This document shows positions 59,334 through 64,000 of a stretch of DNA of 64,000 bases, piece by piece. The translations under genes and the position numbers were made by a program. Below the pieces are notes generated by a model. That model was not told where the DNA came from. It ran no database searches and saw only the letters and a program-made list of their open reading frames with translations. Source of the stretch: Flavobacteriales bacterium (GTDB lineage: Bacteria > Bacteroidota > Bacteroidia > NS11-12g > UBA955). The stretch spans positions 928-64,927 of the forward strand of contig JAHEMG010000008.1 in assembly GCA_024643755.1 (NCBI GenBank), read 5' to 3'. Each line of letters starts with the position of its first letter. The stretch's first letter is position 1.

Positions 59334-60368
59334 TTAGGTAAATCTAATCATTTTTTCCATCAAACGATGCAAGGGCAAAGATAGAATCGACGCTTCCTCT
59401 AGCCACTGCCATCCGTCTGCTTGTACAAACTTATTATCGGGAAGGCACAAATACCAACACTTGGCATGAATCGTTTGGTGTGTGAGTTGATGCTTAAAGG
59501 ATTTTTGTCCCTCCACCGTTAATTTTTCCACAATACCCCATTCCCCGAGAACGCGGTCTAATTCCCAAGCATCACTATCGCCTTCAAGTAATGGAAATTC
59601 GTGCAGGTGCGACCAAATTCCTTGGTCGGGCCGACGTACAACGGCATGTTGATTGCCACAGCGGATATCCACATAATAGAAGTACTTATTGACGGGCTTT
59701 TGCTTTTTTTGCGATACTGGAAGTTGTTTTTGCAATTGTTGCAAACGGGCGATGCAGGCATCGGCTAAAGGACAAACATCGCATTGAGGTTGTGTGGGGG
59801 TACACAATGTTGCACCCAACTCAATCATGGCTTGGTTAAAAATATTGGCGTCGGCCGTTTTCATGGCATCCTGAAGCAGTAAAAAAAGCTTTTTTTGGAA
59901 GGATTGCGACTGAATATCATCGAACAATCCGAACAATCTGGCTCCTACTCGCTTCACATTTCCGTCGATCGCCGGCACTTTTTCTCCAAAAGCGAAGGAA
60001 GCGATGGCCGCAGCGGTGTACAAACCCACCCCTGGCAATCGCTGAATGTCTTGGAAGGTAGACGGAAAAACACCATTTAACTCATCCACTACCATACGCG
60101 CTGCACGGTGCATATTTCGCGCCCTGGAGTAGTATCCCAACCCCTGCCAAAGCTTCAGCACCTCACCCTCGTCTACTCGGGCAAGTGACTGTATATCTGG
60201 CAGCTGACTCACAAATCGCTCATAGTATGAAAGTCCTTGCGCTACGCGGGTTTGCTGCAAGATGATCTCCGATACCCATATCAAATATGGATCGCGGGTG
60301 TGTCGCCAAGGCAAGTCCCTTGACTCAAGATTGTACCATCTTGACAAAGTTTGGATAACTATTTCCAT
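59334..60368 (-). CDS. mutY: A/G-specific adenine DNA glycosylase
   Basis: LPWRHTRDPYLIWVSEIILQQTRV, an HhH-GPD region, the 4Fe-4S cluster loop C..C.. (CTPTQPQCDVCPLADAC) and a C-terminal Nudix-like domain. Start at ATG 60366-60368. Confidence 0.9.
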   Translation of the reverse strand: MEIVIQTLSRWYNLESRDLPWRHTRDPYLIWVSEIILQQTRVAQGLSYYERFVSQLPDIQSLARVDEGEVLKLWQGLGYYSRARNMHRAARMVVDELNGVFPSTFQDIQRLPGVGLYTAAAIASFAFGEKVPAIDGNVKRVGARLFGLFDDIQSQSFQKKLFLLLQDAMKTADANIFNQAMIELGATLCTPTQPQCDVCPLADACIARLQQLQKQLPVSQKKQKPVNKYFYYVDIRCGNQHAVVRRPDQGIWSHLHEFPLLEGDSDAWELDRVLGEWGIVEKLTVEGQKSFKHQLTHQTIHAKCWYLCLPDNKFVQADGWQWLEEASILSLPLHRLMEKMIRFT

Positions 60369-60419
60369 AATCAATGGCAAAAGAACGGCTTTTGTATTTT
60401 TTTTGCACCTCAATTTATT

Positions 60420-60719
60420 ATGACAAAGTCTGAAATCGTAAACGAAATTGCAGTGCGCACAGGTTTGGAGAAGACCGCGATTGCCGACACTATCGATAAC
60501 TTCTTCGTAGTTGTTAAAAACTCCATGGTGAACGGTAGCAATATCTACCTCCGTGGATTTGGAACTTTCGAATTGAAAAAACGCAAAACCAAAGTAGCGA
60601 GAAACATCAAGCGCAATACCAGCTTGGTAGTTCCTGCCCACCACGTTGCGCGTTTTAAACCCGCCAAAGAATTTGCTACCTTGGTGAAAGATAGCAAGGT
60701 ATTGGCAGACAAGCTCTAA
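60420..60719 (+). CDS. HU-family DNA-binding protein
   Basis: MTKSEIVNEIAVRTGLEK...LRGFGTFELKKRK...ARFKPAKEF. ATG 60420. Confidence 0.85.
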   Translation: MTKSEIVNEIAVRTGLEKTAIADTIDNFFVVVKNSMVNGSNIYLRGFGTFELKKRKTKVARNIKRNTSLVVPAHHVARFKPAKEFATLVKDSKVLADKL

Positions 60720-60742
60720 TATTCTTTCCCTACCTTTGTCGC

Positions 60743-61567
60743 GTGGGAAACGCTAACCTTCGCGTATGGATTTACGCTTCAGTCATTGGATTACTGGGCG
60801 TTGTATTGGTCATTAATCGCTGGAAATCGGCAGAGTTTGTCCCTGATTCAAACCAGAAACAAACCGCTCCGATGCAAGGCATGCAGTCTGATGGCCTGCC
60901 ACAACAACCCATTACACGCATTGAATTCCTTAATGCGATATTCGAAAAGACGAAGCCAAGTCCACTCGTTACACGCATCCTAACTGCCAAAGCCGGCAGT
61001 TATCCGAAAGATTCACTTGAATTGGCCTTGCGATGGGCTGAAGAAACAAACCTTGTTCCTTTGGTTGCATTACTACAAACCGATTTGGCTGAATTGGTGC
61101 CTGAAAACCAAACAGCACAACAAAAAACGGAGGTTGCACGCAATCTGATCTTTTCCGCTGCGATGTCGGTCGAAACACCCATCGCCGCGGCTTATTTGTT
61201 TCAGTTGGGAAAGCAACACATCGACAAAGGCCTGGAGGAGAATGCAAAGAATGTAGATTTATTGAATGCGTTGATCGTGTATCAGAGCGAATATTTGAAT
61301 GCGCCTATGCAGTTCTTAGGCACCCTTAAAACCGCGCTGGCAACCGATAGTTCCAACCTCGAAACCCACTACATTCACTTAAATCTGCTAAAAAAGTCGC
61401 AACAGTGGCCAAAAGCGCTGAAAAAATGCGAAAAATTGATATCTTTGCAGCCCCAAAATCCTCGATGGTTGTTCGAAATGAGCGATGTCTTCGGTGGTAT
61501 GGGGGATTCTGTCAATGCAAAGGTTTACCTCGATTTGGCAGTAAAAACACAAAAATCAGTTCAATAA
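60743..61567 (+). CDS. Hypothetical membrane-anchored helical-repeat (TPR-like) protein
   Basis: GTG start, one N-terminal TM segment (VWIYASVIGLLGVVLVI), then an all-helical repeat region. No specific family recognised. Confidence 0.4.
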   Translation: MGNANLRVWIYASVIGLLGVVLVINRWKSAEFVPDSNQKQTAPMQGMQSDGLPQQPITRIEFLNAIFEKTKPSPLVTRILTAKAGSYPKDSLELALRWAEETNLVPLVALLQTDLAELVPENQTAQQKTEVARNLIFSAAMSVETPIAAAYLFQLGKQHIDKGLEENAKNVDLLNALIVYQSEYLNAPMQFLGTLKTALATDSSNLETHYIHLNLLKKSQQWPKALKKCEKLISLQPQNPRWLFEMSDVFGGMGDSVNAKVYLDLAVKTQKSVQ

Positions 61568-61582
61568 TTTAAATAAAGTACT

Positions 61583-61672
61583 ATGCCAAGCGGTAAAAAA
61601 AGAAAACGTCATAAGATTGCAACGCACAAGCGTAAAAAGCGTTTGCGCAAGAATCGTCACAAGAAGAAATAA
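61583..61672 (+). CDS. 29-aa highly basic peptide, bS22-like small ribosomal protein (AURKAIP1/COX24-type)
   Basis: ATG CCA AGC GGT ... TAA encodes MPSGKKRKRHKIATHKRKKRLRKNRHKKK. It is too short for the ORF track. It resembles the small basic protein conserved upstream of rng in Bacteroidota, which I recall being annotated as bS22. Confidence 0.6.
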   Translation: MPSGKKRKRHKIATHKRKKRLRKNRHKKK

Positions 61673-61700
61673 GTTGGTTCTTCCACAATAACTAGGCATT

Positions 61701-63257
61701 TTGTCCAACGAATTAATCATACAAAAAGGTTCGTCTGGGGTAGAAATTGCACTGCTATCGAACCGTAAACTCATAGAATTCCACCGTGAAACCGCCTCTG
61801 ACGGATTTCAGGTTGGAGACTTCTACCTTGGGAAAGTCAAAAAGATTTCTCCATCACTCAATGCTGCCTTCATCCATGTAGGTGGCGAGAAAGATGGATT
61901 TTTGACCTATTTCGATCTCGGCCCAAATCTCAAATCCCTGCGAAAAGTGGTCAAAGCGGCCATTGGTGGACATCCACGCGCTGCTGATCTTGATGAATTC
62001 ACCATCGAAGAACCCATTGTTAAAACGGGTAAAATCGGACAGGCTCTCAAATCTGGAGAACCCCTGTTGGTGCAAATTATCAAAGAACCCATCGCCAACA
62101 AAGGACCCAAAGTAACCTGCGACATCTCCATTCCGGGTCGCTACTTCATCCTTGTCCCCTTCACCAACCACATCTCCATCAGCCGGAAAATTGGTAACCC
62201 CAAAGAAAAGGCCCGACTGAAAGACCTGGCAAACAGCATCCGACCACACAATTTTGGCGTGATCGTGCGTACCGTCAGCGAAGGTGTTGCCATCGAAGAA
62301 CTCGACAAAGACATGCGAGACTTGGTGAAAAAGTGGAATGACCTGGTCAAAGGACTTAAAAACGCCACCACCGCAACCAAAGTGCTCGGCGAAGGCAATC
62401 GCCTGCAAACCCTGCTCCGCGATATCCTCAACGATTCATTCACCCAAATCGTTACCAACGACAACGACATTCACGCTGCAGTCAAAGAAACCCTTGGCAA
62501 ATACAATACCGATGCCGACAAAATTCTAAAACTGCATACAGCCAAGAATAGTCCGTTCGACCAATACAACGTCAACCGCCAAATACAATCAAGCTTCGGT
62601 AGAAACGTCCCCTTCAGCGGCGGCGCATACCTGGTCATCGACCACACAGAAGCCCTGCACGTTATTGATGTAAACTCTGGAAGCACCTCGTTCGACCCAA
62701 GTAATCGGGAAGAAAATGTGTTGAAAGTAAACCTCGAGGCCGTGGAAGAAATTGCGCGACAAGTGAGACTTCGCGACATGGGAGGAATCATTGTTATTGA
62801 CTTCATCGACATGCGCGACCCTAAGAAGAAGAACGAACTGTTCACCGCTTTGAAGGATGCCATGAAAACCGATCGGGCCCGACACACCATCTTGCCAATG
62901 AGTAAGTTTGGTTTGGTGCAAATCACCCGTGAGCGTGTAAGACCTGCCACCGAAATCGCTACGCAAGAAGTGTGTATCAGTTGCAACGGTACCGGCAAAA
63001 TGGACGCTAGCGTTCAGTTGTTGGATCGCATCGAAAACGAAATCAATTACTTGTGGGAAAACATGAACCAAAAGCATGTCACCCTGCGCGCCAATCCTTT
63101 GATCACCAACTACTTCCGCCACGGATTCCCTTCCCTGCGCATGAAATGGTGGTTGAAACACAAACATTGGCTCAAATTACAAGCCGATCCAGCCCTAGCA
63201 CTCACCGCCTATCAATTGGAAAACGACCTCAAACAGGTTGTTAACCAAGAAGCGTAA
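61701..63257 (+). CDS. rng: Ribonuclease E/G family (RNase G)
   Basis: N-terminal S1 domain (GDFYLGKVKKISPSLNAAFIHVGGEKDGFL), catalytic core (HVIDVNSG, GGIIVIDFIDM) and a Zn-link-like region (CISCNGTG). TTG start. Confidence 0.9.
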   Translation: MSNELIIQKGSSGVEIALLSNRKLIEFHRETASDGFQVGDFYLGKVKKISPSLNAAFIHVGGEKDGFLTYFDLGPNLKSLRKVVKAAIGGHPRAADLDEFTIEEPIVKTGKIGQALKSGEPLLVQIIKEPIANKGPKVTCDISIPGRYFILVPFTNHISISRKIGNPKEKARLKDLANSIRPHNFGVIVRTVSEGVAIEELDKDMRDLVKKWNDLVKGLKNATTATKVLGEGNRLQTLLRDILNDSFTQIVTNDNDIHAAVKETLGKYNTDADKILKLHTAKNSPFDQYNVNRQIQSSFGRNVPFSGGAYLVIDHTEALHVIDVNSGSTSFDPSNREENVLKVNLEAVEEIARQVRLRDMGGIIVIDFIDMRDPKKKNELFTALKDAMKTDRARHTILPMSKFGLVQITRERVRPATEIATQEVCISCNGTGKMDASVQLLDRIENEINYLWENMNQKHVTLRANPLITNYFRHGFPSLRMKWWLKHKHWLKLQADPALALTAYQLENDLKQVVNQEA

Positions 63258-63279
63258 TCGCTTGACCATCATTCCCTGT

Positions 63280-63337
63280 TGCGATTTTCCGTAAACTTAT
63301 TGTGATTCATTTGCGATTTTCCGTAATGACGAAAATC
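63280..63337 (+). promoter_or_regulatory. 15-nt direct repeat plus 7-bp inverted repeat upstream of the TonB-dependent receptor gene
   Basis: TGCGATTTTCCGTAA occurs at 63280-63294 and 63312-63326. GATTTTC (63315-63321) pairs with GAAAATC (63331-63337). The gene's ATG is at 63360. Confidence 0.35.
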
Positions 63338-63359
63338 AGAATCCCCTTACTTTCGGAAC

Positions 63360-64000
63360 ATGAAAAAATACATTACTCTTTTTCTGTCCTTCTGCATCGG
63401 CCTAGTCGCCATGGCACAAAACCAAACCGTTCGGGGTGTGCTGCGCGACAAAGAATCACAGACCGTGATTGCCAATGCCAAAGTTTTTTTTGAAGGACCG
63501 ATCACCAACCCACCTGCCAGTTTTGAAGCAACCACCAACACCAAAGGTGAGTTTGTTTTTACCGAGGTGCCCGTTGGTAGGTATGCACTAGCCGTTGAAG
63601 CCAAAGACTACCAAATTTTCAGTACCAACAACATCGTGGTTACCTCTGGAAAAGAAGTCATCCTTAGCTACGAACTCGAGCAAATCATTGAGCGCGTGGG
63701 TGAAGTCACCATCAAAGGCAAGGGCAAGGGCGACAAACCCAATAACGATGCGGCCCTCATTTCTGCGCGATTGTTTACCGTAGACGAAACCGACCGATTT
63801 GCGGGAAGCAGGGGCGACCCAGCACGTATGGCTTCGAACTTCGCTGGTGTGCAAGGGGCTGATGATTCTCGAAATGATATAGTAGTTCGTGGAAACTCAC
63901 CCCAAGGCATTTTGTGGCGCATGGAGGGAATTGATATCCCCAACCCCAACCACTTTGCCATTCCCGGCACAACCGGAGGATCTGTATCGATCATCAACAA
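63360..64000 (+). CDS. TonB-dependent receptor with carboxypeptidase-regulatory-like N-domain (3' end cut by window edge)
   Basis: Own translation: MKKYITLFLSFCIGLVAMAQNQTVRGVLRDKESQTVIANAKVFF...GRYALAVEAKDYQ... (CarboxypepD_reg-like), then a plug region (DETDRFAGSRGDPARMASNFAGVQG...NDIVVRGNSPQGILWRMEGIDIPNPNHF). The frame is open to the window end. Confidence 0.8.
   Translation, partial: MKKYITLFLSFCIGLVAMAQNQTVRGVLRDKESQTVIANAKVFFEGPITNPPASFEATTNTKGEFVFTEVPVGRYALAVEAKDYQIFSTNNIVVTSGKEVILSYELEQIIERVGEVTIKGKGKGDKPNNDAALISARLFTVDETDRFAGSRGDPARMASNFAGVQGADDSRNDIVVRGNSPQGILWRMEGIDIPNPNHFAIPGTTGGSVSIIN

Noticed and set aside
63315-63337. Possible Fur box upstream of the TonB-dependent receptor
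   Set aside because: GATTTTC-N9-GAAAATC shares only AT-richness with the GATAATGATAATCATTATC consensus. It is kept only as a generic repeat observation.

Overview
This 64-kb chromosomal segment reads as a gliding, T9SS-bearing member of Bacteroidota. Support: gldD-gldE, a SusC/SusD pair, nine predicted T9SS cargo proteins with type A or type B C-terminal sorting domains, and many ATGA/TGATG/TAATG gene junctions. I call 54 protein-coding genes, 5 hairpin terminators and a few repeats. Two genes are cut by the window edges, and one 29-codon gene is absent from the ORF track. I see no rRNA, tRNA, CRISPR array, transposase, integrase or phage gene. Layout: (1) 0.4-7.7 kb holds housekeeping genes plus a Nudix-wHTH regulator divergent from a kinase / beta-phosphoglucomutase / GH65 phosphorylase operon. 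(2) 7.8-12 kb holds an SGNH / MBOAT / SGNH-LysM O-acetylation cluster. (3) 12-24.4 kb holds three large T9SS cargo proteins interleaved with gmk, nadD, transporters, an IMPase and a bacilliredoxin. (4) 24.5-35.9 kb holds a beta-glucan (laminarin-type) PUL: a second Nudix-wHTH regulator, GH3, GH16, a PKD glycan-binding lipoprotein, SusD, SusC and a T9SS tandem-module protein. (5) 36.2-47.2 kb holds two convergent operons that abut with a 1-nt gap. One (+) encodes four T9SS cargo proteins: two purple-acid-phosphatase-like enzymes, an SHD1-YHYH protein and a DUF1566 protein. The other (-) encodes an ECF sigma, a small membrane protein, a CpxP/Spy-like protein, an MbnP-like protein, an MbnH-like di-haem peroxidase and a YHYH T9SS protein. 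(6) 47.3-64 kb holds hutI, a gamma-CA-like protein, an M23 peptidase, a MerR / beta-barrel / HhH operon, pdxJ, an OmpA-family protein, gldD, gldE, ssb, mutY, HU, a bS22-like peptide, RNase G and a TonB-dependent receptor. The best candidate for an undescribed system is block (5), a sigma-controlled MbnP/MbnH plus YHYH-domain secreted module, possibly for metal handling. The second unusual signal is a set of long perfect GC-rich palindromes with 3-nt centres (mostly TGC/GCA). They serve as intergenic terminators but also sit inside conserved codons of hutI, the MbnH-like gene, the GH3 gene, an OmpA-family gene and a hypothetical gene. All functional calls rest on motif recognition by eye; no database search was run.
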